From contig NC_043011.1 in assembly GCF_006345805.1 (NCBI RefSeq), positions 46,202,464 through 46,266,463 of the forward strand: a DNA stretch of 64,000 nt. The letters are read 5' to 3'. Numbering within the stretch: position 1 is the stretch's first letter; each line of letters starts with the position of its first letter. Below, in pieces: positions 53,205 through 64,000 of the stretch. The notes under the pieces are model-generated. The model searched no databases. It was not told the DNA's origin and saw nothing but the letters and a program-made list of their open reading frames with translations. This DNA is from Octopus sinensis (Eukaryota). The position numbers were made by a program, and so were the translations under genes.

Positions 53205-53328
53205 GACTTGTGGCTATTTCTTACTGAAGAATCTGAGGGCTATGGAAGATTGGCTTGATTTAATTTAATCAGGTTAGTTTACCATTAAACAGCAGACGAA
53301 ACGGTGCATCGTATAAGAAATTACAGGG
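53205..53328 (+). ncRNA. Type I hammerhead ribozyme with 67-nt stem II domain
   Basis: Stem I ATTTCTTA (53216-53223)/TAAGAAAT (53314-53321), CUGAAGA 53224-53230, stem II base TCTG/CAGA, GAAA 53298-53301, stem III ACG/CGT, GUA cleavage triplet ending 53313. Confidence 0.85.
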
Positions 53329-53438
53329 TAAATGTTTTTAAATTTTCTCCTGTTTACGGAATTGACTTTTATTTGCGGTTGAAGCTTTGGCTGTTATTCT
53401 AGTGGGTGAATGGCCTATTATGGCCGTTCCTTGATTGT

Positions 53439-53482
<44 letters not shown>

Positions 53483-53530
53483 CACACATACAAATACATA
53501 CATATACATACATACATACATATATATATA

Positions 53531-53565
<35 letters not shown>

Positions 53566-53569
<4 letters not shown>

Positions 53570-53745
53570 GGCTAGGGGGTACTGGCGTGACTGTGGGGTT
53601 AAGAAGCTCATTGTGCAACTCAGTAATTTCAGGTTCAGTTCCACTGTGTTATACTTTGGGCATGTCTTCTACTTGAGCAGTAACACCAAGCAATGCCTTG
53701 TGAAAGAATTTGATAGATGGAAACTGTATGGAAACCCATCATATA
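53566..53745 (+). mobile_element. Degenerate SINE A head
   Basis: GGTTCAGTTCCACTGTG...CCTTGTGAAAGAATTTGATAGATGGAAACTG. Confidence 0.6.
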
Positions 53746-54114
53746 TATTTACTTCCTTTTCTCAAATTTTTAAGGTTTTCAGTTAGATGAAACACATTAC
53801 ATTACACTATATTGCAATTGATTGCGATGTAAACTGAAAGACAACTCCAGATGGGAGTTTACTGTGGAAGCTCCATGATTCTGTGAATCCATATTTTATG
53901 CTGCTCTTTTATATATATATGTGAGAGAGAGAAAGAGAGAGAGAGAGATAGAAGAAGATGAGAGGAAGATATAAACAGATAATATTCTCAAAATATAGTT
54001 TTCAAAATATAAAAAAAAATTACTAATTTGATCAAAAAATAGAAATATTGTGAAAAAGAGAAATGAGGATTTAATATTTATAAAAATAGAAATGCTATTA
54101 TTTCTAAATCTCTC

Positions 54115-54329
54115 TAAAGGAGACTATGGCAGCAGTACTGGGTATTACTATTTATGGCCAAGCTAAAATGCCAGTCTAATGGACACAGATTTGTGTGTCA
54201 CATAGCTAGTTAGAGGCGATAACCTCTCGGAGCTAATTAATGGCAGCATTCGTCCTATTACTCAGGACTGCCATGTTAGCTTAGCAATAAATATTAATAC
54301 CCAGTGCTGCTTGTCATAAGTCTCCTTTT
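54115..54329. mobile_element. Foldback MITE with Kolobok-like termini
   Basis: TAAAGGAGACTATGGCAGCAGTACTGGGTATTA ... TAATACCCAGTGCTGCTTGTCATAAGTCTCCTTT; interior also imperfectly palindromic. Confidence 0.7.
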
Positions 54330-54599
54330 GAAAGATTTAGAAATAATAATATTTCTATTTCTGAAAATCAGTGGATGTGTTCCACTGAATATATATAAAT
54401 AAACCTTCAAACAGACAGTCAACAGTGACACCTGCTGGGTTCAGCTACTCTACATTGATAATGAGCAAATACATCGAAACCAGTCTGTGGATGTTGATCC
54501 AGCAAGGGGAAGCAACATTCGTCCTGTATCTCTCGATTGCTGTTTGCTTGGTGATAAATATTAATACTTAATATTTATAATTTCTTATATATTTCTATA

Positions 54600-54858
54600 G
54601 TGGAGGTGCATGGCTTAGTGGTTAGGGTGTCAGCATCATGATCGTAAGATTGTGGTTTCGATTCCTGGACCGGGCAACGTATTGTGTTCTTGAGCAAAAC
54701 ATTTCATTTCACGTTGCTCCAGTCCACTCAGCAGGCAAAAATGAGTAACGCTGCGATAGACTGGCGTCCCATCCAGCTGGGGAACACATATGCCATAGAA
54801 ACCGGGAAACTGAGCTTATGAGCCTGGCTAGGCTTTAAAAGGGCGCATTTGTTATTTA
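54600..54858 (+). mobile_element. SINE family D
   Basis: TGGCTTAGTGGTTAG A-box, GGTTTCGATTCC B-box, CORE-like body. Confidence 0.88.
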
Positions 54859-55469
54859 TCATATATTTCCATATCCTTACCATTATTGTATAAAGATAAT
54901 GATTTATTTTTCTAATCATTTACTTACTGCCTTGTGACATTCTACAAATACCGATGAATCAATCTAATTCCATTGTTGATACTGAATGCTAATGGATCAG
55001 ATTTAACAAATGTGAAATATTTGATAGAAGCAAAGACATAGACATAGTAGAAATAGCTTAATTGTTTTATAAAATATAGCATCTTTTCCCTGGCATATTA
55101 ATAGAATGGCCCATAAAGGTGGAACAAGGATGACTGATGTCTGAAAAGTGAGTGAGTATACTAATTAACCTCTGAATATTAAAATCAACAATATATTAAT
55201 TCATTAGGTTTAATATGTATTAAGTAGAAGATAAGAATGTAAATAACAATGCAGAGTTGTATTTAGATGTCTTGAAACAAAGCAATTAATGAATGTTGTT
55301 GTAAGCATAGAAAAAAATAATTAAATACAATTATGTCTGTGTGTTGCATAATCTGAAGTCAGTGCATAATGTAAATGAAGTTTTGGCTAAGAAATATATT
55401 ACTGAAGAGAAGTTAATTGCTTTACATTAGAAAAAGAGAGTGGGAATTTCACAAGAAATTATAAAAATC

Positions 55470-55807
55470 AAATGAAAATTGTAGTTATGATACCCGTGCC
55501 GATGGCATATAAAAAGCACCATCGCTGATGCCAGCGCTGCCTGACTGGTATCCATGTCGGTGACATGTAAAAAGCACCAACCAATTGTGGCCTGTTTGCC
55601 AGCTTCCTCTGCCCCCTGTGCCGGTGGTACGTAAAAAGCACCCACTACACTCACGGAGTGGTTGGTGTTAGGAAGGGTTTCCAGCTGTAGAAACACTGCC
55701 AGATCAGACTGGAGGCTGGCGCAGCCTCCTGGCTTCCCAGACCCCGGTCGAACCGTCCAACCCATGCTAGCATGGAAAACGGACATTAAACGATGATGAT
55801 GATGATA
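55470..55807 (+). mobile_element. RTE-type LINE 3' UTR fragment
   Basis: Family consensus plus (GAT)n. Confidence 0.8.
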
Positions 55808-55946
55808 CTTTATTTTGGCACTGGGGTACTAAATTGTTAGGGAAGAGTGTAGTAAATTCAAGTGACCCTAGTTTATGATAGGTGCTTCACTTTAGTAGCC
55901 ATGTTGCAGTGAAGCATCAAATTAACCCTAGCATGAGGAAGTATCA

Positions 55947-56412
55947 GTGGTGAGCTGGCAGAAACGTTAGCACGCCGGGTGAAATGCTTAGCAGTATTTC
56001 ATCTGCTGTTACGTCCTGAGTTCAAATTCCACTGTGGTCGACTTTGACTTTCATCCTTTCGGGGTTGATAAATTAAGTACCAGTTATGCACTGGGGTCGA
56101 TGTAATCGACTTAATCACTTTGTCTGTCCTTGTTTGTCTTCTCTATGTTTAGCCCCTTGTGGGCAATAAAAAAATAAGAAACGTTTAAGGCAGCAAGCTG
56201 GCAGAAACGTTAGCACGCCGGACGAAGTGCTTAGCGGTATTTTGTCTGTCGTTACGTTCTGAGTTTAAATTCCACCAAGGTCGACTTTACTTTTCATCAT
56301 TTTGGGGGCGATAAATTAAGTACCAGTTATGCACTGGGATCGATGTAATTGACTTAATCCTTTTGTCCGTCCTTCTTTGTCCTCTCTATGTTTAGCCCCT
56401 TGTGGGCAATAA
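55947..56412 (+). mobile_element. Two tandem SINE E copies
   Basis: Heads at ~55947 and ~56190, each ending TTAGCCCCTTGTGGGCAATAAA. Confidence 0.85.
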
Positions 56413-58883
56413 ACAAAAAAAGTATGAGGAAGTATCAAAAAGTTCCCAGACTAGCTATGTTTAATAAAAAGAAATGCAATAAAAACACTTGTTCATTATT
56501 AATTGGGTATTCTACCAGCAGTATATTGGATAGATATTATCCCTTAGTTGGTTGGATTCACAACCTCTAACTTTCTTGGAATACATATATATGTGTGAGT
56601 GCGTGTGTGTGTGTGTGTGTGTGTTTGTTTCACTGATCAATCAGCAACAAAAGTGAAAAACCAATTGCTTTTGAATAAAACTTTATCCTGTGTTTTATTG
56701 CTGCTGCCCAAATTGGAAAGACGATTCTTGCCTCTTATCATCCGAAATGCAGTGGACCAGTGATTAACCCATTGGAAACCTCTAATGAACAGTGTTATTA
56801 TTCACTTAATATGGTGTAAAATGAATTAAAAATTAAAAAAGAAATAAAAGATGCTAGTTAGCATAGATAAGAACTGAAGTAACAAAGATTTTTGTTAATT
56901 AGGCATAATGAAAGCTCATTTATAATGAAAAGGAAACAACGATGTAACAATTATGTCTCTGTCCACAAAATTTATACAATAAGCGAATGTTTCAATTAAA
57001 CTTTGGAATAACATATATTGTTTGTTATCAGTCTTTTTCGACCACATATCTGCAAAAATATACGCTACACAACTAAAATATGTTCAAGTGTAAACAGAAA
57101 TGGTGATAGTGGCAGAGCTGATTGTAATACTAATGATATAGAATACATGTAGTACTGCCACCATTAGTGCTACTATAAAAGACTAGTGTACAGAACTATT
57201 CTTCACAATAATGGGTTCAGAATACGGTTCAGCATACTCAGTGATACTGTATGTTCCCAGCAACTATTATAACAGCTTCAGTGGTTGTAAAAGCTAAAGT
57301 CAATCAGGTTTTGTTATTGAAAATCTATCTAATCTATTCATCAGGGTATAATGATGCCATATTGAATTAATTTAAAGTTATGCATAAATACTCCAGTCAA
57401 TAAGTATTATGTTTTATCATTTTTCTGTGTTTTTTTTTTTTTCTTCTTGTAATTTGGTTTAATTTGAAAACTTGAAAATGAATTTCACAATACAGAAGAA
57501 AATTATGTGCTTGAATGAATTTCAGATTGTAATCAGCTTATCATGTCCAATCATATTGACCTGAGAGTTATTTATCTTGAAACAAGCCAGGCATAGAGTT
57601 TTTAGAAAGCAATTCTCACTTTTGCTGGCTATTTCATAAATGAAATAATTTATAGCCATTGTTTCCCAGCTATTCATACATGCATTTAAATAGCTTTGAA
57701 TATTTTCAAGTACACTTGTATCGAAAATTCAGAACAGCACAGTTTTTAACACGAACAAGCATTAACATGACAATTTTGAAAAACACTGCTTTTATCTTTT
57801 TCAGTAGAAATGGAAGGGTTTTGCAGATACAAACCATCCATATTTTTAAAAACTTTTTTTAATGGGAAGCAGCAGTTATCTTACTCCAGTATTCTTTCTT
57901 ACATTCATGACTGGTTTACAATAAAATGTAACCTAGTTGTACAAGCAAAAAGAGTGTTTGCAAAAATGTAAAACTAGAAACCACCAACATTAGCCATCAT
58001 TTAATGTGCATACTTTACAGCAATGACACATCACCTGAATCTATTGTTGGCAATTATTTTGTCATATATATTCTTGTAGTATATGTTTTACATCTATTCT
58101 TCTTCCATGTTGTGTCATGTTTGATTTTGAGTTTGTATTAAATTTAAAGACACTACTTCGTAATATTTCTATTCCCATGTTCAAATTCATATTAATTTTA
58201 ACACCAATTCATTTCACAGATTAATTTGTCAACTAACTCATTTTGTAGTGACATCTGAAATAATTCTGGATTTCTTGCAAAATGTTAAGTAATTTCAAGA
58301 CCAATTCCAGCTTCAAACTTCAAAAGATTCTGATGGCACTGAAAACTTACTTTTTCTTTCACAAAAATTGCCATTCTTTAATTATCTTTTTCTGCAAGTT
58401 GTCACTATTATGTCAGAATAACGACTTATATATGCTGAGATTTCATTTTTACAGTTTTCTACTAACATATTTTCGGCAATGTTGCTGTCTCATAATATTT
58501 TCTCTCTCTCTCACACACAAAGATATATATATATATATATATTAATATGAATAAAGTAAAGTATACAGGAATATGTTAGTTGAACAAGATACTTTTCACT
58601 CAATTTTACAAATATGCTGATTCAAATACATCTATTGATATAAATTCTAGAATAATTGTGTATAGGCATTACTGTGTGGTGAAGAATTTTGCTTTCTGAT
58701 GATCATATGGTCCTAGTTACAATCCCACCGAGCAGTACACTGAGCGAGTGAATTTGGTAGATGTGAACAGAAAAATTACCTCTGTGTGTGTGTGTGTGGG
58801 TGGCTGTGTGTATGTGTTACAAACATATGTACATGTTTGTTTATTTACATTTGCTCTCACTTTCTGCAAAAGTTATGACATAG

Positions 58884-59290
58884 GCATAAGAGTGGCTGTG
58901 TGGTAAGTAGCTTGCTTACAAACCACATGGTTCCGGGTTCAGTCCCACTGCATAGCACCTACAGCAAGTGTCTTCTACTATAGCTTTGGGCCGACCAAAG
59001 CCTTGTGAGTGGATTTGGTAAACGGAAACTGAAAGAAGCCCGTCGTATATATGTATATATATGTATATGTACGTGTGTGTATGTATGTGTGTCTATGTTT
59101 GACACCCAACATTGCTTGACCACCGATGCAGGTGTGTTTTCATCCCCATAACTTAGCGGTTTGGCAAAAGAGACCAATAGAATAATTACTAGGCTTACAA
59201 AGAATAAGCCCTGGGGTCGATTTGCTTGGCTAAAGGCAGTGCTCCAGCATGGCCACAGTCAAATGACTGAAACAAGTAAAAGAGTAAGAG
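58884..59290 (+). mobile_element. SINE family A
   Basis: Full-length copy. Confidence 0.9.
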
Positions 59291-59444
59291 TATATAAGTA
59301 GTGACACTGTCTGGCCTGTCAACAAATTATCTGCTTGCTTTGCATGCACACAAACACACACACACATGCGTATATATATGAATTTTTTTATTACATAGTT
59401 TGAGAGAGTCATTTTTTTCTTGCCAAATAAACACACGCACTATG

Positions 59445-59620
59445 TATTTATTTATCACTTGTTTATTATTGTTTCTATTTTAACTTATGTCCATTGTCTG
59501 GAAATCTTTCGTCACACATCTGTGACCTCTTCAGTGATTCTTCCATCTCACCTGTATCTTTCCTATTCTGTTTAGTCCATTCTGTCTTTCTATGATGTGT
59601 ATCCTTATCTGCATCTGTGT
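59445..59620 (-). mobile_element. Penelope-like fragment with decayed hammerhead core
   Basis: Minus 59534-59500: CTGAAGA-G-GTCACA(GATG)TGTGAC-GAAA-GATTTC. Confidence 0.45.
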
Positions 59621-59689
59621 GTGTGTATGGGTTTGCTTACTATAGTGTTTGTATCCACACTCTTTATTTTCATTTTTATTTATGCACCC

Positions 59690-59992
59690 TTTTAAAGCAT
59701 AGCCAGGCTCATGGGCCTGGTTTCCTGGTTTCTATGGCATATGATGATGATGTGTTCACCCAGCTTGACAGGAGGCCAGTCCATCGCAGCATTACCCAAG
59801 AAACAGGAAGAGAGAGTGAGAGAAAATTGGAGCAAAAGAGTACAACAGGGGTCGCCACCACCCACTAATGGAGCCTCATGGAGCTTTTGGTGTTTTCGCT
59901 CAATAAAAACACACAACGCCCGGTCTGGGAATCAAAACCACGATCCTCCGACTGCAAGTCTGCTGCTCTAAATACTGGGCCATTGCGTCACC
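59690..59992 (-). mobile_element. Chimeric SINE (family B head/body plus family D tail)
   Basis: B body GAGTGAGAGAAAATTG...GTTTTCGCTCAATAAA joined to D tail AGCCAGGCTCATGGGCCTGGTTTCC. Confidence 0.75.
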
Positions 59993-60374
59993 ACCATCCA
60001 TACCCTTTACATAGCTTTTTTTTTTCATTCATTTACATATTAACACATGCACAGATAAGGATACCCAAATATTACAATATTTGTTTCATCACATGATTTC
60101 ACATCAAAAATCTTGCAAAATGTATTCTGAAACACAATTTCTTATTAATTTTACTCTATAAGTTGTAGCACAATTTAATCTTTCAAAACAGGACACAGAT
60201 CCAAACTTAGAAGTCCTGAAGTCACTGAATGGTTGAAAGAGAATTTTCACCGATGAACAAGACACAGTTTTAATATTCTAACGTCTATTTTCATTTTCTT
60301 TTTAAGGTGCTGAGCTTGTAGAATCGTTGCCATATCAAAAAAATGCTTAGTAGCACTTCTTCCAACTGTATGTG

Positions 60375-60692
60375 AAGGCGCGTGGCTTAGTGGTTAGGGG
60401 CATTCGGCTCATGATCGTAAGCTTGTGAGTTCAATTCCCGGTGGCGCATTGTGTCCTTGAGCATGACACTTTATTTCACATTGCTCCAGTCCACTCAGCT
60501 GGCAAAAATGAGAAGTACCTGTATTTCAAAGGGCCAGCCTTGTCACACACTGTGTCCTGCTGAATCTTCCCGAGACCTACGTTAAGGGTACATGTGTTTG
60601 TGAAGTGCTCAGCCACTTACACGTTAATTTCACGAGCAAGCTGTTCCATTGATCGTATCAGCTGAGACCCTTGTCGTCGCGATGGAGTGCTC
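60375..60692 (+). mobile_element. Chimeric SINE (family D head/CORE plus family B tail)
   Basis: GGCAAAAATGAG joined to GTACCTGTATTTCAAAGGGCCAGCC. Confidence 0.8.
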
Positions 60693-60872
60693 CTATGGTG
60701 GTGGTGGTGCCAATAAAATAAGTACCATTTGAACTTTGGGTTTAGTGTAATTGACTTAGCCCCGTCTTCACAATGGCTGGCCTTGTGCTGAAATGTGAAA
60801 CTAATATTTATTTTCATTTCCATGAGAATTTCTTAAAGTATTGAAGCCGTTTTCATTCCACTTATATTTGTT

Positions 60873-61947
60873 GCCGTTCGCCAGCCTCATCTAGCACCTG
60901 TGTCGGTGGCACATAAAAACACCATCCGAAGACCCGGCAAGACTAGTCAGGCCATATCCCATGGCCCCTACCTGGGACGTAGTCAGTCCACCTGTGCATA
61001 CCTTCCTCCTTGTGATACTTGTGAAGGCCTGTTGAGGCAAGTGAAAATGAAAAAATGAAAATCAAATTCAAAATGAAATCAAAACAAATCAAATCAAATC
61101 AAGTCAAAACAAATCAAAATAGATGAACATTAATGGAATTGTATCTTTGTGGTACCAGTGCCGGTGGCACACAAGATAACCATCCGAACGTGGCCGTAGC
61201 CATACCGCACCGACTGGCCTCCGTACTGTGGGCACGTAACAAACACATCTGATCGTGGCCGTTCGCCAGCCTCATCTGGCACCTGTGTCGGTGGCACATA
61301 AAAAACACCATCCGAAGACCCAGCAAGACTAGTCAGGCCATAACCTGTGGCCCCTACCTGGGACGTAGTCAGTCCACCTGTGCATACCTTCCTTCTTGTG
61401 ACACTTGTGAAGACCTGTTGAGGCAAGTGAAAATCAAATCAAAACAAATCAAAATAGATGAACATCAATGGAATTTGTATCTTGTGGTACCAGTGCTGGT
61501 GGCACGTGGCACACAAGAAAACCATCCGAACGTGGCTGTAGCCAGTACGGCATCGACTGGCCTCCGTGCTGTGGGCACGTACACACAACCATCCGATCGT
61601 GGCCGTTTGCCAGCCTCATCTGGCACCTGTGTCGGTGGCACATAAAAAACACCATCCGAGCGTGGCCGTCTGCCAGCCTCGTCTGGCACCTGTGTCGGTG
61701 GCACATAAAAAACACCATCCGAGCGTGCCGTTTGCCAGCCTCGTCTGGCACCTGTGTCGGTGGCACATAAAATCACCCACTACACTCTCGGAGTGGTTGG
61801 CGTTAGGAAGGGCATCCAGCTGTAGAAACACTGCCAGATCTGACTGGACTGGTGCAGCTTTCGGGCTCCCCAGACCCCAGTTGAACCGTCCAACCCATGC
61901 TAGCATGGAAAGCGGACGTTAAATGATGATGATGATGATGATGATGA
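60873..61947 (+). mobile_element. RTE-type LINE 3' region with internal ~345-385-bp tandem duplications
   Basis: GCCGTT(C/T)GCCAGCCTCATC at 60873, 61258 and 61602; (GAT)n tail at 61923-61947. Confidence 0.8.
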
Positions 61948-63026
61948 AACGATTAGTCTTTGGATTTGGTTTGCAAGATTCTTTATATGAGTTTGTGTGA
62001 TGAAGCATATTCTGTTGTGTCTGGGGAGAGTCATTTTCTTTTTGTGCCTAATAATGTAACACACTCACCGGTAAAATTTCCACTTATTTCTTATTTTTAT
62101 TTTCCTAAAATTTTCGTTGCGTCTTGCAACCTTTTCAATAGTCGTGACTGTCCGTTATTTACACTGCGTTCCCTTTTTGTTTGTTTGTGCGCATGTGTGT
62201 GGGTCAGTGTGTGTGTGTGTGCCTATACATGCATGCATGTACGTATGTATGTATGTATGTGTGTATGTTTGCATGTGTATGTATGTGTATATATGTGTGT
62301 GTATGCATATGTATATATGTATGTGCATGCATCTGTATATGTGTATCCTGCCTGCATATTTATGATCAGTCTGTAAATGCCTTCATACACATACAGCAAA
62401 CAGTAGACATAGAAGACTAACAATAACAGCAGCCACATCATCAATTCCTGCAATGTCAATTATTAAAAGCCAACGAGAATGTTAAATCTGAAATCTTCCC
62501 TAAATCCTCATTAGTGTCTTGGACATGATGAATATGTGTTCCAGTTCCTTTGTCAAGCAGCTAACGTAAATGGAATTCCTACAGCCAAGAAACTAATTGA
62601 AATTTCGTGTTCAAAGAGTTTCATTAGCAACATCTGTGAGGGAATCTGAACAATCAGTGCTGATCCAAACCACAAGACAAGAATAATTATTGCCTTTATT
62701 CACTGTCTAAATTCTCTTACAACAGCATTTGATATCAACAAAGTATACAGTAATGTGTTAGATTAAAGGGACTCTATCTCTTTTGTTTTTTGTTTTGTTT
62801 TTTTTCATTGTTCAGTTTACAAGAGCCATCATAGCCTTAGCCACAATGGCTAAGCACCAGCGATACTATGGATGTTATTAAAAAAAAAATCTACTGGAAA
62901 CATTTTCATGATATGTTTACTTTGAAAATAGACCTTCTTTACCCATGTCAAAAATCACCAGAGATATGACTGTTTCATAGAAATTCAATATGCATTTATG
63001 CATATGCATGCAGTTTGCTCTATGTA

Positions 63027-63089
<63 letters not shown>

Positions 63090-63299
63090 ATGTATATATA
63101 TATATATATGTATATATATGTATGTATGTATATATATGTATGTGTGTTTGTATCTGGTGACCAGATTCCAAACCCTTATTTGGTGGTTTCATACTGCTAG
63201 CTTCATAATGCAATCATAAACTAAATATGTAACGCAGTTCTTGTTCTCTTGTTCATATAACTGAATATATTCATGATTCATATTTACATCATTTTTACC

Positions 63300-64000
63300 A
63301 GCGACCAGCGACCGAGACCTTTGGAAATATTCTGTACGTGAGAAGACCAGGCAGGACAAGTGAGCCCAGCCCACTTATGAATGCCTTTCCTCCCTTGGAC
63401 ACAAAGACCTGTTGAGGCAAGCGAAGTCGATATAGAACCTCATCCGACGACAGGCACCCATGCCAACCCCCCTTTGCTTGCGAAGACATGTTGGGGCAAG
63501 CGAAATCGAAGTCAAAATCGAATTGAACCAGCCAGGATCCCTGGTCTGGTGGTACGTAAAAAGCACTATCCGACTCGTGGCCGATGCCAGCGCCGCCTCC
63601 ACTGGCTTCTGTGTCGGTGGCACGTAAAATACACCAATCTGACCGTACGACAGGCACCCATGCCAACCCCCTTGCTTGCGAAGACATGTTGGGGCAAGCG
63701 AAATCGAATCGAACCAGCCAGGTTCCCTGGTCTGGTGGTACGTAAAAAGCATTATCCGACTCGTGGCCGATGCCAGTGCCGCCTCCGCTGGCTTCCGTGC
63801 CGGTGGCACGTAAAATACACCAATCTGACCGTACAACAGGCACCCATGCCAACCCCCTTGCTTGCGAAGACATGTTGGGGCAAGCGAAATCGAAATCGAA
63901 TTGAACCAGCCAGGATCCCTGGTCTGGTGGTACGTAAAAAGCACCATCCGACTCGTGGCCGATGCCAGCACCGCCTCGTCTGGCTTCCGTGCCGGTGGCA
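63300..64000 (+). mobile_element. RTE-type LINE variant: ORF end plus ~145-190-bp tandem 3' UTR repeats, running off the window
   Basis: [18 protein letters not shown] at ~63309-63365; repeated GACAGGCACCCATGCCAACCCC...GAAGACATGTTGGGGCAAGCG. Confidence 0.75.

Larger units (their letters stand above)
52293..53442. mobile_element. Retrozyme-like element: ~489-nt non-coding monomer, 1.05 units (-) plus 1.31 units (+), head-to-head in (TA)n
   Basis: Plus half repeats at 52801/53290 (period 489); minus half repeats at 52293/52776 (period ~483); halves are reverse complements differing mainly by 1-nt indels; contains a type I hammerhead; no ORF of 60 aa or more. Confidence 0.8.

Noticed and set aside
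52293-53442. Simple long-read fold-back (missing adapter) artefact as the explanation for the retrozyme locus
   Set aside because: Arms are not mirror images about the junction, and each contains an internal tandem repeat in a different register; not fully excluded without raw reads
54600-54675. tRNA gene (and similar heads of other SINEs)
   Set aside because: A/B boxes are present but continue into SINE bodies; no complete cloverleaf
61600-61790. CRISPR-like array of ~59-bp units (also 47140-47340)
   Set aside because: Units are contiguous near-identical repeats without unique spacers, in a eukaryotic LINE UTR with no cas genes
61730-61835. HDV-like ribozyme in the RTE 3' UTR (GCCAGCC/GGTTGGC, CTACA/TGTAG)
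   Set aside because: L3 too short, and no P1.1 or catalytic J4/2 C-N-A motif; HDV-like ribozymes are expected at 5' ends
63295-63971. 192 and 198 aa minus-strand ORFs
   Set aside because: Antisense readings of tandem repeats in a LINE 3' UTR

Overview
AT-rich (TA/CA/AAT-microsatellite-laden) eukaryotic DNA that is almost entirely intronic or intergenic. The SINE/LINE repertoire strongly suggests an Octopus genome; this is an inference from remembered repeat families, not a database result. No gene could be identified, and only a few low-confidence exon candidates exist (best: 43152-43377 +). The window is dominated by several tRNA-derived SINE families with shuffled modules, 5'-truncated RTE-type LINE 3' ends with minisatellite-rich UTRs and (GAT)n tails, CR1-type fragments, Helentron-associated (HINE-like) elements and MITEs. 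The most striking feature is at 52293-53442: a non-coding, highly structured ~489-nt monomer present as >1 circularly permuted unit in each orientation (head-to-head, inside a (TA)n tract) that carries a complete type I hammerhead ribozyme with an unusually long stem II. This matches a retrozyme, i.e. a retro-copied self-cleaving circular RNA. Several other Penelope-type hammerhead-bearing fragments also sit in or beside microsatellites (28245-28440, 9862-9982, 40742-40950, 59445-59620). Repeat boundaries were read by eye and are approximate.
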